Source: Eledone cirrhosa (taxonomy: Eukaryota). From it: a stretch of 64,000 nt of DNA. The position numbers were made by a program, and so were the translations under genes. The stretch is from assembly GCA_964016885.1 (NCBI GenBank), contig OZ024740.1:347138001-347202000 (forward strand). The letters are read 5' to 3'. The notes under the pieces were generated by a model. The model saw only the letters and a list, made by a program, of their open reading frames with translations, did no database searches and was not told the DNA's origin. This document shows, one piece after another, positions 20,411 to 34,731 of this stretch; within the stretch, counting starts at the first letter, position 1, and each line of letters starts with the position of its first letter.

Positions 20411-20669
20411 AAGTAAATTGACAAGAAGCATTAACGGCCAGAACAAACAAATCTCAGAAGAATAGGGAATTCATATCCATGAAATGTTAGGAAAGATATC
20501 AAGGGAAAGCATGCTAAAGCTAAAAGTGTGCAGTTACAAATATAGACTATAGGGCAAGAAAGCGAGTAATATGTCAAACATACGTTGAAAGTACAGTATA
20601 AGACAAATACATTAAATACAACATGGTAATATAATATGGTCCACCTGGTTCCTTACCACATTTCCTTCG

Positions 20670-20743
<74 letters not shown>

Positions 20744-20797
20744 ATATATATGTATGTATATATATATATATATATATATATACATACATATATATAT

Positions 20798-20861
<64 letters not shown>

Positions 20862-20870
20862 ATATATATG

Positions 20871-20928
<58 letters not shown>

Positions 20929-20958
20929 TATATGTGTGTGTGTGTGTATATATATATG

Positions 20959-20995
<37 letters not shown>

Positions 20996-20997
<2 letters not shown>

Positions 20998-21184
20998 CGA
21001 AGGAAATGTTGTAAGGAGCCAGGTGGACCATAACGCACCAAAGTACTCAATACTTAGGGTAGTAGAGTGGGTAATAGGAACGAGTAGGACCCCGACGGCT
21101 GAGCTCAAGCCGTTTCGACGGCTAATTCTGTCCAGAATTAGCCGTCGAAACGGCTTGAGCTCAGCCGTCGGGGTGCTACTCGTT

Positions 21185-21189
<5 letters not shown>
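20996..21189. mobile_element. Family B hairpin folded back at putative HHR stem II
   Basis: Near-perfect hairpin 21074-21189, centre aattctg-tc-cagaatt; contains GAAAC GGC...GCC GTC GGGG; (TA)n on both sides. Confidence 0.85.
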
Positions 21190-21258
<69 letters not shown>

Positions 21259-21262
21259 TATA

Positions 21263-21614
21263 TAGACAATTAAGTTAAAGTGTACATCTACATATGTATA
21301 CGGAAGTACTAGTATGCATATAAATACACACATGTATACATATGTACATGTACAGAGTTTTTCACTAGACACTTTACAGTGAGTGTCCAGCTAGTCTGGC
21401 TCTCTGGAGAATAGAGGAAGTGTGTTTCCTTGAAAACTCGTATGACTTTAAAACCCGGTTCGTCTGTTTGTTTACATACAGACTAGCTGGACACTCACTG
21501 TAAAGTGTCTAGTGAAAAACTCGGTACATGTACATATGTATACATGTGTGTATTTATATGCATACTAGTACTTCCGTATACATATGTAGATGTACACTTT
21601 AACTTAATTGTCTA
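21263..21614. repeat. ~135 bp inverted repeat with 80 bp spacer
   Basis: Arms 21263-21398 and 21479-21614, near-identical. Confidence 0.9.
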
Positions 21615-21723
21615 AGCGTCAGTCATACAAAAGTGAGTTAGAAGCGAAACGAAATTTAATTTCGTTTCGTTATTTGTTTTTATCATATATATATATATAT
21701 ACATATACTTATATATATATACG

Positions 21724-21761
<38 letters not shown>

Positions 21762-21800
21762 TGTATATATACATATATATATATACTTATATATACATAT

Positions 21801-23480
21801 ACAGGACAAAAATGGCAAGACGTTGACCACTGGAGCGGAACAGGAGCAGAGATGGATGGAGTACTTCCGGGAGACGCTGAACCAATGAAATCCGGTCGCC
21901 CTGAATGACATGAGCGCAGAGACTCCAGGAACCACTGAGGTACTCAAAGTCTGCGAGGACCTTATCACCAAGCAAGAGACGGGAGATGCGATTCGCCACT
22001 TGAGGAAGGGCAAAGCAGGCGGACTGGATGAGATCTCTGTGGAGCTGCTCAAATTCGGTGAGGAGAGCACGATAACGACTTGATGAACTACTGCTGGAAA
22101 GTTGGTTGGGTTCTCCTTGAGTGGCAGCGCGGTGTCATCGTCAAACTGCCGAAGAAGGGAATCCTGGCAGTCTGCAACAACTGGCGTGGTATCATATTGC
22201 GGTCACTTCCAGGCAAGGCGTTCTGCACTGTGCTGCTGCGTCGACTCCGGCAGGCTGTCGACTCTGTGCTCCTGGAGGAACAAGCAGGCTTTCGTAAAAA
22301 GCTATCCTGCACGGAACAGATCTTTACACTACGTAACATTCTCGAACAGTGCGTTGAGCAACAACAGCCTTTGGCGGTCAATTTTATTGATTTCCAGCAG
22401 GCATTCGACATACACCGGGAGTCGCTGTGTAATGTTGCACAATTGTACGGCATTCCTGCAAGATTCATCGCCATTTTCAAGGCCCTGTATGAAAACTCCA
22501 GCTGCTGCGTGCGGACTGAGTACGGTGTGACGGAGTTCTTTGACATTGTCTCTGGAGTCAGACAGGGTTGGATTCTCTCTACACTGTTGTTCCTGCTGGC
22601 AGCCGATTTCGTACTAAGGCGAATGGATGAAGGACCCGGTCGAGGAATCCCATGGAAAGGGCAGTCGTGGCTGAGGCAACTGGCATTCGCCGACGACATC
22701 GCTTTGATCTCTGAAAACAGTGCAGATCTGCAGGCTCTAATAACATCCCCACAAAAGAGTGCGGAAAATATCGGCCTGAGAATCAACACCAAAAAGACCA
22801 AGGTCATGAGAACGGCCAGCAACACAGGTCCAATGATCAGAGTCAAACAACAGGACCTCGAGGAAGTCGATCACTTCACCTATCTGGGCAGCATCCTGAC
22901 AAGCAGCACCGACGCGGAGCTCGACATCAACTGTCGGATCGGCAAAGGAGCCGAAGTTTTCCAGCGGTTGAGCCCAGTCTGGTCGTCATGCATTAGCACC
23001 AAGACCAAGCTCCGCCTGTACAAGAATATCGTGCCGCCGACAGTGCTTTTATGCGAGCGAGACCTGGAAGAGTACGGCAAAAATATAGAGACGGCTGAAC
23101 GCTTTCCACCAGCGGTGCCTGCGAAAGATCCTTCGTGTGTCCTGATGCGACCGAGTTCGAAACGAGGAGATCCTGTGGAGAGCCGAGTCGTGGACGCTAC
23201 AGAGAGTGGTCACAGAACATCGGTGCCGTCTGGCTGGCCATATTCTGCGTCTGCAAAATGAACGGCATTCGAAACCAGCGATGTACTGGACTCCGCCTGG
23301 CGGTAAACGGAGGCGGGGTTGCCCAAGGTTCACCTGGCGACGAACGTTCCGGAAGGACCTGATGGCAGTCAACATCACCTGGCACGGTCTCGAAACATTT
23401 GTCGCTGATCGTGACCGTTCGCAAGTACTTACTGCTCGATGCGCCGAACGGCGCGGAAGATTCTAAGACTAAAACTAAGA
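21801..23480 (+). mobile_element. 5'-truncated RTE-clade LINE with frameshifted RT
   Basis: ORF 22080-23261: KKG..CNNWRGI, EEQAGFR, FIDFQQAFD, GVRQG, FADD, FTYLGS. C-terminal GKRRRGCPRFTW; ctaag-repeat tail; (TA)n flanks. Confidence 0.9.
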
Positions 23481-23551
23481 TACATATACATATATATATA
23501 TACATATATACATATTCATATACAAATACATATACATATATACATATACAT

Positions 23552-23613
<62 letters not shown>

Positions 23614-23643
23614 TAACAGAACAAGGATTATGGCCTCCGATCT

Positions 23644-23719
<76 letters not shown>

Positions 23720-23799
23720 CAAACGTATATAAGCTTATATACAAAGCATATATATCATTACTATACATCTAATAAACTGAACGGCCAATCTTTTATTTC

Positions 23800-24030
23800 A
23801 GAATGAAGAGACAGCTGTAACAGCAATTTGAACACTTCTTACTAAACACTGCTTGTCGCAGCTGACTGCTATACAGAATGCAGTCGTTGGGTGAAGACAA
23901 TTTGGAAGCTCGATATACAATAAAGTTTTATGTTAAACTAGGCAAAAATGCTGCAAAATATTATGAAATGCTTCAGACTACTTATGGATTAACTTGTATG
24001 AGTAGAGAGGAAGAGAGAGACAATGAAACA
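23800..24030 (+). mobile_element. Mariner transposase N-terminal remnant
   Basis: EARYTIKFYVKLGKNAAKYYEMLQTTYG (~23905-23990) resembles the mariner HTH. Confidence 0.6.
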
Positions 24031-24887
24031 TAAAGATACCACTTGTTTCTCTATAATCCTTTAAATTGTATAACATCTAGGCCCTTTAAACGATTCACCA
24101 TCAGGCTACGCTGGATTTCGGCCCGAGGCGGCTACCGCACAAAATGTTGCACCCTTGATCTGCCTGAACAAGAAACAAATGGTTCCGATTAATAGCCTAG
24201 ATTTACTTGACGGTAACATAATTCTGTCACTGCCAGGCAATCACAATTCTCCTTGGTCGCGCCCACGAAGCCGAATTATCGAGTGTGAGGCATTCGGAGA
24301 TGGTTCGTCATAGCAGTAATATTGAATGTGAATGGCATGCCTTCTTCGAATCAAGTCAGTGTTTGCCGTAATCCAGTAATTTGTTACTTAATATTTGCAA
24401 TTTACAACTGATGACGTCGCCAAATTCTTACGTCATTATCTGATAATTGTTTCTACTTTTTGGCACAAGGCCAGTAATAACTCCAGTGTATTACTGGTAC
24501 TATATTTTATCGACCTCGTAAGGATGAAAGGCAAGGTTAACCTCGGCGGGATTTGAACTCAGTCATTATCTCAGTCATTAACTCAGTCATTATCAGTCAT
24601 TATCTGATAATGTAAGCAGGCCATATAAACACATACTGTGATTTTTGCAACATTAAATTAATATTTGTAATCCAGCCTTGTTTTCTTTCAAGTATTTTAC
24701 TCCGTTGTTACACCAGCCACGAGATACCTAATCTACAATGGATGATTTGCATAATGTTGAGTGCTTTTGTTTATTGCATTATTATTTGCTAACCCAAACC
24801 ACCAGATTTATCCATTAGTTAAGCGATCCAATACAAATAGCATATATATATATATATATATATATGGATCGATGTATATGTATATTC

Positions 24888-24920
<33 letters not shown>

Positions 24921-24943
24921 CATGAATATACATATACATCGAT

Positions 24944-25020
<77 letters not shown>

Positions 25021-25677
25021 GTGCCATTTTTATTTTTTTATAAGCCAACACAAGTACATTGTAGTTATCATTTAGATTTCAGTATATTGTATGTATGCGT
25101 GTGTTCATACTGAAATGTATATAATATTAAAATATACATGAATAAAACAGATAATAGAACAGTAAATTTAATGGAAAAACAATGAGTCTCGGCTTAGTTC
25201 AATAGGAATCGTTGTTTTGAACAGAAAAGTTCTGTAATTATCAAGATAAATTGAAACAATAGCTGTATAATCCCAAAATAGGATAAGTAAATTATACTGT
25301 TATTAGGAAGCCTTTTTGCTTTATCGCGACTATACGAAGATTTTCAGTTCCATAATATGATATTTTACACATATCTAACTGTGTTGATGAACAAAACATT
25401 AGATTTATACGATAAAGATAAGTTTACATGTGTTATCAATACCTTGTTTAGATCTTTTTGCCATCTACTTTTTTTCACTCATTCATTTTTATACAAACAT
25501 ACATACACACATAGATACACATAATATTCCTATATCTACGCTTATATAATATAGATATAAGAATATATCTGTATGTATATATGTATACACTCATACAGAC
25601 ATAAATATATATATATATTATATATATATATATAAATATATGTATATATAAATATATGTATATATATATATTTATAT

Positions 25678-25723
<46 letters not shown>

Positions 25724-25833
25724 ATATATATATGTGTATATATATATATATATGTATATATATATTTATATGTATATATATATGTGTACATACATATGTA
25801 TATATATATATATATGTATGTATAAATGATTAA

Positions 25834-25928
<95 letters not shown>

Positions 25929-26004
25929 TACATACATATATATATATATATATAACTATATATATATATATATATATAACTATATATATATATATATATA
26001 TATA

Positions 26005-26047
<43 letters not shown>

Positions 26048-26797
26048 ATATACATACATATATATATATACATACATATATATATATATATGTGTGTTCT
26101 GTGTGTTTGCGTGTATACATGTTTGTGTGGATGTGTGTGTGTGTTTCTACTCTATTGATCATCTGTTGAACTGCTTTGTGGTTTCAGAACAAACTTTTAT
26201 CAGAACAGATCCCCAAATATGTACAGAAAATGTTTTTATTTACCTTTTTTTTTTGGTTTCTGGTGTATTTTGCAATGCTAAACAAAATTCCATTATAATG
26301 TTATTATCACATTTTTTTGCTATTTCTCTTATGTTGTCTTTTTTCGTATTAGTTTGATTTGAAGATTAAATTTTCTTCTTAAAGCAGAGCGTATTGTTAT
26401 CTCTCAAATTTTATAAACCTTTAATCTGTTTTATTAAACGAAATCCACCTCCTCCGTGATCTATGGAATTAAATATTCGAACCTATTCTTCAATATTATG
26501 TATGAGAGTATTTTGTCTTGCTTTTGACTAAAATAAAGGATTACTTTACTACAGTTTATTATTATCATTACTTTAGGATTGGCAGTATCGGTAGGGGGTC
26601 AGACGCCATGTTTTAGAGCATAGAGTTGCGCCCCTTTATTATCTGATTTCAAATCCCGCCGAGGTTAACTTTGCCATTCATCCTTACGGGGTCGATAAAA
26701 TAAAGTATCAGTAATGTACTGGAATAATTGCTGGCCTTGTGCCAATACTAGAAACAATTATTGTTATTGGTATAACCATATAGTTATTATTATTATT

Positions 26798-27461
26798 CTT
26801 TGATTCTCAGTCATTGATGTTATTTAACTGGAAATTTGTTGAAATGAATATGAAGCTGCTACCTACAGCCTCAGATATTCAGGACGTATCGGAGGGTTCT
26901 TGCTGTTCCCAGCAAGCATGCCTTTTGAAGTGTTCCAAAAAGCGGGACTGGACTAATCTTCTTTAACCATCCTTGGAAACTCTTTGAGATAATACCAAGT
27001 GCGCCTATGACAATCGGGACGACCTTGAATTCATGGCAGTTCCAAATCCTTTTTACCTCCCACTTTTAGTCCTGGTATCGGTTAATTTTCTCCCTCTTCT
27101 TTTCTTGCACTCTCGTGTCAAATGGGCAGGCTATATCTACAATCAGGCACGATCTTTTTTCCTTGTCCAAAACCACCAGGTCAGGCCTATTGTCTTCTAA
27201 TTTCTTGTCCGTCTGTATCCTAAAATCCCATAGCACCTTCACCTGATCGTTTTCTATCACCGGCTCTGGCTTATGCTCATACCACTTCTCAGAATGTGGT
27301 AAATTGTTTACTTTGCATAGGTGCCAGTGGATCACCGTGCCCATCACATCATGTCTCCAGCCTTTATAGTGACTCTGGGCTAGGTGTTTACACTCGGACA
27401 CAATGTGAGCCACAATCTCCTCTCTCCACAGTGGGCTAGCCTCCTCCTTGTAAATACGGTG
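26798..27461 (-). mobile_element. R4/Dong-like non-LTR element 3' fragment (restriction-like endonuclease) in (TAA)n
   Basis: HIVSEC..Y..RHD, WDF.IQTD, NRPDLVV, D.ACPFD motifs (ORF 27066-27413); TAA repeats at both ends. Confidence 0.85.
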
Positions 27462-27483
27462 TTATTATTATTATTATTATTAT

Positions 27484-27536
<53 letters not shown>

Positions 27537-27899
27537 ATAGTAGTAGTAGTAGTAGTAGTAGTAGTAGAACTAAGTATATTTACTGATGCTTTACAAGCTT
27601 GTCTCACCTAACTTATCTTTTTCTATTGTATTTATAATAAATGAGGTAGCACAGAGAAATCTGTAAAATATATTTTCTTTGGAATAAAATAAATATCGAC
27701 ACATGTGGCTCTAGCACATTTCAAAATTAATTAACTATGAGAATGAAATATATTCAAAGATATAATGCAAAATCTGTAGTATGATTATGCACTGGTTCAC
27801 AAACTTGTCTAAGCCAGTATGGTTTTACTAAAGATCTAAGCAGTATCATGGTATCTTTCAAGTCCACTTCTATTTTTTACACACACATACGCGCACACA

Positions 27900-27947
<48 letters not shown>

Positions 27948-27954
<7 letters not shown>

Positions 27955-28280
27955 ATTAAGTCAAATATGTAAAATATGTAAAATTTGGTTTCGTTTATTA
28001 TAAATTATAGATATACTGCTATATATTTTGGTGACAGCCATCATTGACCTCTTCAGAATTGCTGTGGGAAAGACAGGTACACATTTTGCTGAAGTGTGTT
28101 TTACTCCGTCAATACATCGATATGTCTAGCTCCTGGTTGTGTTGTTATTTCTCTGAGGAACTGGAATCATATGAAGAGATCACAACCAATGATAGCTGTC
28201 ACCGAAATATATATATAGCAGTATATATATAATTTATAATAAACGAAGTCAAATTTTACATATTTGACTTAATTGTTTTA
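27948..28280. repeat. Diverged ~100 bp inverted repeat with partial HHR-like core
   Basis: Arms 27948-28046 and 28187-28280. Minus strand reads CTGAAGA ggt...acc (G/A)AAA tata TA, but stem I is unsupported. Confidence 0.7.
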
Positions 28281-28463
28281 CATTACTCCGGAGTAAACAA
28301 ACCAACCTGCGCACTTCGTCGAGTGCTCCAATGTGCATACTTAGGTGTCGGTAAACAACCAACATATACTAAAAAAAAAGAGAGAGAGATAAACCCATTC
28401 TGCATCTAACCATGCCTTGAGTGGTCCCATGATTTGTGGTCTCCCCAGTCTCAGCACCACAGG

Positions 28464-28525
<62 letters not shown>

Positions 28526-30330
28526 CTCTCTCTCTCTCTCTCTCTCTCATAGCTTAAGTAATTTGTCTCGTCTATTACTCCATAGGACAATTCTTTGACT
28601 TGTATCTGACGCTGTAACCCAGGGTGGACTAGCAGTACCGTTGGTAGGGGTCGAAAATGCCAAAGTCCATCTCAACGGCCGATGACCCTGAAGCTCTTTT
28701 TTTCTCTCGTTTGTATATTTATTTTCAAAAAATATTTGTTAAGGTTCCACCCCCCAAAAATTAATTTCCGTTGTGCCTTATTTTCGTTTGTAGCCTTGGC
28801 CTCTCTTTGTTGATTTTCCTAAGTGTATATATCTGTATATATGTATGTGTTTGTGAGTGTGTGTGCCTATTTATGTATGGATATACATTTAGAGACTGTG
28901 TATGTGTGTGACAGTGAGAGAGAGAGAGTGATTGAGAGAGTGAGGGAGACAGAAAGAGAGAGAGAGAGAAATCTATGTCCGGAATCAGCATGTAGGGAAA
29001 ATTCATGAGTTCGATTCTCGTTTTTGACTGCGATTATGAACATCAACACCGCCTAAATGTATTCAAATAAAACTGTATATTTTATAGAGGACCAAAACTT
29101 GTAGAAGTACGTTCCTTTGATATATCACAAAATATATCATTAAAAATTTATATATTATTAAACTATAAAAATTTAAAATATTTTTTTTCCCCAAAAAATA
29201 AACGGACTTTTCAAGACGTTATTTTATGACAAAATAAGTAAAGGATGCAGCAGTTGTTGACAGTAAAAATATAAGTACTTGTGTATATATATATATTAAC
29301 ATTTATACGTATCTCAGTATTTCAATAAAATGTTTAACGTTGAACGAAATGTACACATATAGCTGAAAATAATTATATTTGATTGTATGTACTATGAATT
29401 TAATACGTACTTATATATGTATTAACATTTGCTTGCGAAGCTTGATACATGTGCTTGGAAAAGCTATATAAATATTATCTTTCTATACATAAAAGTTATA
29501 AATATTTCACTTATTCAAGTTTGATGTACTGATTTATTTATTACCCCTCTCCCAAATTATAATTTTAAAACTACAAATATTTCAAATTTAATGTGTTTAT
29601 GTGGTCAGGAGAATTCGATTACTTATGATTTAATTTTATTATTATTTTAATATCATCATCACCATCATCATAAATATCATTATCATTTCTATTACTATTT
29701 TAATCAATGTATGCTTTTTACTTTTATTTTTAACATATGCAGGAATTCAAATGCTCTCTTGCACTGGAAAAAATATTTTATGATAAAATAAAGCAATTAC
29801 GCTTATTGACATAAATTTGTGACCGTCGTGGTTTACTTTTATGTCGATTCAAAGCGAAAGTAGATAAAACTCATGCGAATTTTTAACGTAAAAATGTTAA
29901 ACAACCATAAAATCTGTTTTTAAAACTTAAACAAAAAATTACACTCGCTGTCATTTACGTGTATAGGAGAGGCTCCGCATATGTACATCCCACCACACAC
30001 ACTTACACAGTCTCATATTGACAGTCACTCATACAGTAACGCATATGCACACGCGCACGCACAGTAACTCTCAAACACATGCTTCGCGCACACTCACACA
30101 CTCAACACAAACCACACGTTTGTCCTCTCACTCTTCGAGTACACCTATCTGCTCAGAGGATCTTTAAATACGAGTCTTATCTGATGCTGATAATTTGGCG
30201 ATACTCAGGTGAAACTCTAGAAGGAAAAAAAAACTTATCCACAAAATCAATATCATTAAACACTACTTCAATATTGAATACTCATTCTTGGGTCCGTCAA
30301 CATCATAGGGATATATATATATATAGAATT

Positions 30331-30381
<51 letters not shown>

Positions 30382-30577
30382 GAGGTTTTCTTCAAAATGG
30401 AAAAAAAACGAGATGTCCTACACGAGTGAAAGTATAAGGAAAAAAGATGAAATCGAAAATGCAACTGGAGTCTTTTTCAGAATATTTATTTGGTTCTTTA
30501 CCGGTTTCGCAGTTCTTATGCGTTTCAAAAGTAGAATTGAGATGGAGGGTTTGTGGTTTGTCTCGCATATATATATA

Positions 30578-30812
30578 TGATGGCTGCAAACTCGTGTTCG
30601 AGCACTGCCATCGCCCGATAAAATACTCAAAATCGTGAGGCTCGAATGTGGCTCTTTAAACCACCCAAAGACTTGTACCCTGTGGCACATACATAGCAAC
30701 TGTAGGCTCCTCTGTCACTTTCCATTGCTTTGTTCTGACTGGGTTTTCTCATCTGTCTTTTAAGACCTCCCATGCTAGCATATTCCCTACCACATTCTTT
30801 ACACCTTTTCAT
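30578..30812 (-). mobile_element. RTE-like LINE 3' end with C2H2-type zinc fingers
   Basis: [35 protein letters not shown]; isolated between microsatellites. Confidence 0.55.
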
Positions 30813-30862
30813 ACATAGATACATACATACATATACATACATACATACATATATATATACAT

Positions 30863-30956
<94 letters not shown>

Positions 30957-31046
30957 AGAGAGAGAGATAGTGAGGTAGAACACTGGAAGGTAATATCCGT
31001 AGTGGTAGAGTACTCAGTCCATGGCGACTTAGGTAGAAGAGGTTAC

Positions 31047-32800
31047 ACAACAGTTAGTTCACCATACCGAGAACAATTGTTTCACCTTAGCGGATCTTCA
31101 GCTCGTACTGGTCATGGTTATACGGAACAGGAAGAACAACCGTATGAACGCGCATGCGCAGAAATGGTCACTTCACCCAAGCGATACAAAGCCACTGGCG
31201 AGAGGTGTAAGGGAGATAACTACCTAAAGGTCGACTGATGGTTCAGGAAGCGTTCCTTAAATCGACCCTCTACCATACCCACATAGGATTTAGCCTCCTG
31301 TGGTTGATGTGTTCGGCTGGAAGTGACCACAGCTACATAAACTACAGCGTGTGTGTTGCATTGCTGTTGAAGGGGACAAGCTTCAGGCTTTCGGCAAGAA
31401 CATCCTGGTGGCGTGCCGCTCTTAGGGCTGTTGGTGATGTGGGCTTCCATATTCTTAGCGCAGGCAGGAGTACCCTAGTTTTACTCTGTGTCTATTAAAG
31501 ATGGAGCGGTAGTTGTGACCTATGGGAAAGTGTTTATCTAAGAGGGCTAAACATTTTTTTCCTACATTAGTTTTAACGTTGGCCTATTTATTTTAGACAT
31601 ATTACGTGTTAGATTCCCGGACATCCACACGGGAATATCCCGCGATGATGGCCTGGACTTATCGAGCCATATAAGTGGTCACGGCCTGGACCGTTTTAAA
31701 AAAGACTTAAATTCTACCTTTAATGAGTTAGGACTTAGGATAACACTAGCTACCAACCTCTCTAGCGTACGTTTCTTAGACATTAATTTAGACCTTCGCA
31801 CACATACCTTCAGACCCTTCCATAAACTAAACGAAAAATTTAATTACATATACAAGGACTCATGCCAACCCCTACTATTATTAGAAACTTCGTAAATAAT
31901 ATCAGTACTAGAATCTCTAACCTCTCCTCTCATAAGGATATCTTTGACGGAGCGGCACCATACTATAACACGGCGTTAGCTAACAGCGGCTTCTCGCAAC
32001 CAATTACTTACTCCCCCACTAACAACAACATCAATAAGAAAATAAATCGTAACAATAGACAAACTATCTCTTTCTCTACTCCATTCTCACTCAAGGTTAA
32101 AACTTATTTAGGAAAAATGTTTTAACCCTCTTAGATAGATACTTTCCCATAGGTCACAAATACCGGTCCATCTTTAACAGACACAGAATAAAACTAGGGT
32201 ACTCCTGCGCTAAGAATATGAAAGCCCACATCACCAACAGTCCTATGAGCGGCACTCCACCAGGATACTCTTGCCGAAAGCCTGAAGTTTGTCCCCTTCA
32301 ACAAACGATCATCCACGAAACTCGGGAGACACGTATGGTCCCTCAAGAACTCAGGTATAGACTACTCCATTCAATGGAAAGCCATCACTAAGTCCAAGCT
32401 ATACGCTAGGGGCAATCCGTCTTGTGGACTGTGTATTGAAGAAAGGATAAATATTCTAAGGAGAATACGCAATAGCGATTGTCTAAATCAAGAAATGAAA
32501 TCTTCTCACGTTGTCCACATGTCTGGAATCACCTCTAACATAACTACAAAGCTCCGGATTGAATAACAACAACATTCTAATGTTCTTATCAACTCGAACA
32601 TCTTTTCCAACTTTTGAAGTTATCTCCCTTACACCTTTCTCCCGTGGCTTTGTATCGCTTGGGTGATGTGACCATTTCTGCGCATGCGCGTTCATATGGT
32701 TGTTCTTCCTGTTCCGTATAACCATGACCAGTACGAGCTGAAGATACGCTAAGGTGAAACAATTGTTCTCGGTATGGTGAACTAACTGTTGTGTTACCAC
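31047..32800 (+). mobile_element. Penelope-like element fragment with inverted pLTRs
   Basis: RT end/thumb (VRFLDINLDL, PFHKLN..YI) and EN C-terminus (SCGLCIEE) on +. Inverted GIY-YIG piece CSCRKPEACPLQQQC..VVY..SYVG..FKERF.NH on - (31220-31450). Inverted ends 31047-31220 and 32620-32792. Confidence 0.85.
32734..32771 (+). ncRNA. PLE pLTR hammerhead ribozyme (mirror copy 31068-31105 on -)
   Basis: CGAG CUGAAGA UACGCUAAGGU GAAAC AAUU GUU^ CUCG; stem II weak. Confidence 0.8.
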
Positions 32801-32868
<68 letters not shown>

Positions 32869-33288
32869 TTGTTTCTACGTTTGGCACAAGGCCAGCAATT
32901 ATCCCAGTGTATTTTATCGACCCCGTAAGGATGGAAGGCAAAGTTAACCTCGGCGGGATTTATATAATGTAGGCTACTGAGTTGTGTCGGGGAATAAGCA
33001 GAGTTAAAAAAGGTACCCAATAAGTTAGTAGAGTATAGGCATCATTATCATATATAGAAATGGCTTTCAAATTCGGATGAAATCATTAGGGATGTACATT
33101 GATGATTTTATATGAATGAAACAGTTCTAGACCTGTATATGTCATTTCTAGCCCACTCTCTCTCTCCCTCTCTCTATCTCTCTCTCTTTCTCGCTTTATA
33201 TATATATCAAATATTGAGTTATAAACTCGACATAGTCTTTTACAATTAAATAGCTCAAAGAAGGGAATATTTCCGAGCCGTGTAATAC

Positions 33289-33721
33289 AAATGAATATAT
33301 GAGGGATGAACACCTATACAATTATACATGTGTTCGAATTGCAAATGACCAAGTTAGCTAGGTTGAAAAATACAAATTTAACATAATATGGTTTGCCTGT
33401 CTCGCTTTAAAATAATAAATCAATAAAAATAACAAACCTATATTGGCAATGGTCGTGATACCCGGACAAATTCTAAATTTATTTCGCAACAATTAAGTGA
33501 AAGTTACTATTCCTGTGCTCTTCTGCGGGTATCTAATTTAGAATTTGTCCGGGTTTCACGGCTATTGCCAATATAGGTTTGTTATTTTTATTGATTTATT
33601 ATTTTAAATCGAGACAGGCAAACCATATTATGTTAAATTAGTATTTTTCAACCTAGCTTACTTGGTCATTTGCAATTCGAACACATGTATAATTGTATAG
33701 GTGTTCATCCCTCATATATTC

Positions 33722-33725
<4 letters not shown>
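33289..33725. repeat. ~190 bp inverted repeat
   Basis: Arms ~33289-33479 and ~33535-33725; the right arm runs into (TA)n. Confidence 0.9.
33457..33533 (-). ncRNA. HHR motif spanning the palindrome spacer
   Basis: GAUACCCG CAGAAGA GC...GC GAAA UAAAUU-UAG-AAUUUG UC^ CGGGUAUC; 8-bp stem I, long stem III, U4>A variant. Confidence 0.75.
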
Positions 33726-33778
<53 letters not shown>

Positions 33779-33851
33779 CGTACACATATACAAGACGGGT
33801 ATATACATATATTTTGGTCTTCATAATTATTTTTACTATATATATATGTAT

Positions 33852-34731
33852 ATATTGTTATACTTTGGGAGGGTCATGTTGCCAATAAGAAACACACGCA
33901 CCAGTTGCTTTCACTTCAATTTATTATAATAAATTTATAATAAATTTATAAATTTATAAATTTCTGGTTGGTTGGTTCGTTCCACAACCAGATAGTTGTT
34001 TATATATTGTCATAGTTCTTTCGTCATACACTCTGTGACCTCTGCAGTGACTGGGGATTCCTTTCTTTGTTTCTGTGCCTCTCCTTTGTTCTGTCCTACG
34101 CCATTTTGTTTCTGTGTGTGTGTTGTGTGCTCAGTCTGCGCATGCGCCACATCCGGGTGTCTGTGTGTGTTTATGTTCATTTATTTATTTGTTTATTTAC
34201 ATGTTACTAGTTGGTTGTTTGTTCTATGTGTGTGTGTGTTTTAAATAAACATAAAAGAATTACAACCAAAATTAAATAGAAAATATGAGTGGAATAGCAA
34301 CATCACAACTTACAATTAACGACAAAATGAAAACACACACATACATAGAACAAACAACCAACCAGTAACATGTAAATAAACAAATAAATAAATGAACATA
34401 AACACACACAGACACCCGGATGTGGCGCATGCGCAGACTGAGCACACAACACACACACAGAAACAAAATGGCGTAGGACAGAACAAAGGAGAGGCACAGA
34501 AACAAAGAAAGGAATCCCCAGTCACTGAAAAGGTCACAGAGTGTGTGACGAAAGAACTATGACAATATATAAACAACTATCTGGTTGTGGAACCAACCAA
34601 CCAACCAGAAATTTATAAATTTATAAATTTATTATAAATTTATTATAAATTTATTATAATAAATTGAAGTGAAAGCTACTGGTGCATGTGTTTCTTATTG
34701 GCAACATAACCCTCCCAAAGTATAACAATAT
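33852..34731. repeat. ~390 bp inverted repeat with an HHR in each arm
   Basis: Arms 33852-34243 and 34327-34731. HHR GUCA CUGAAAA GGUCACA..UGUGAC GAAA GAAC UA^ UGAC at 34521-34563; mirror 34009-34051 has CUGCAGA; consensus CUGAAGA. Confidence 0.9.

Noticed and set aside
21399-21478. CTGGAGA...GAAA motif in the palindrome spacer as an HHR
   Set aside because: No stem I complementarity.
24095-24130. GAAA...CTGATGG on the minus strand as a type II HHR
   Set aside because: Helices cannot form and the core is mismatched.
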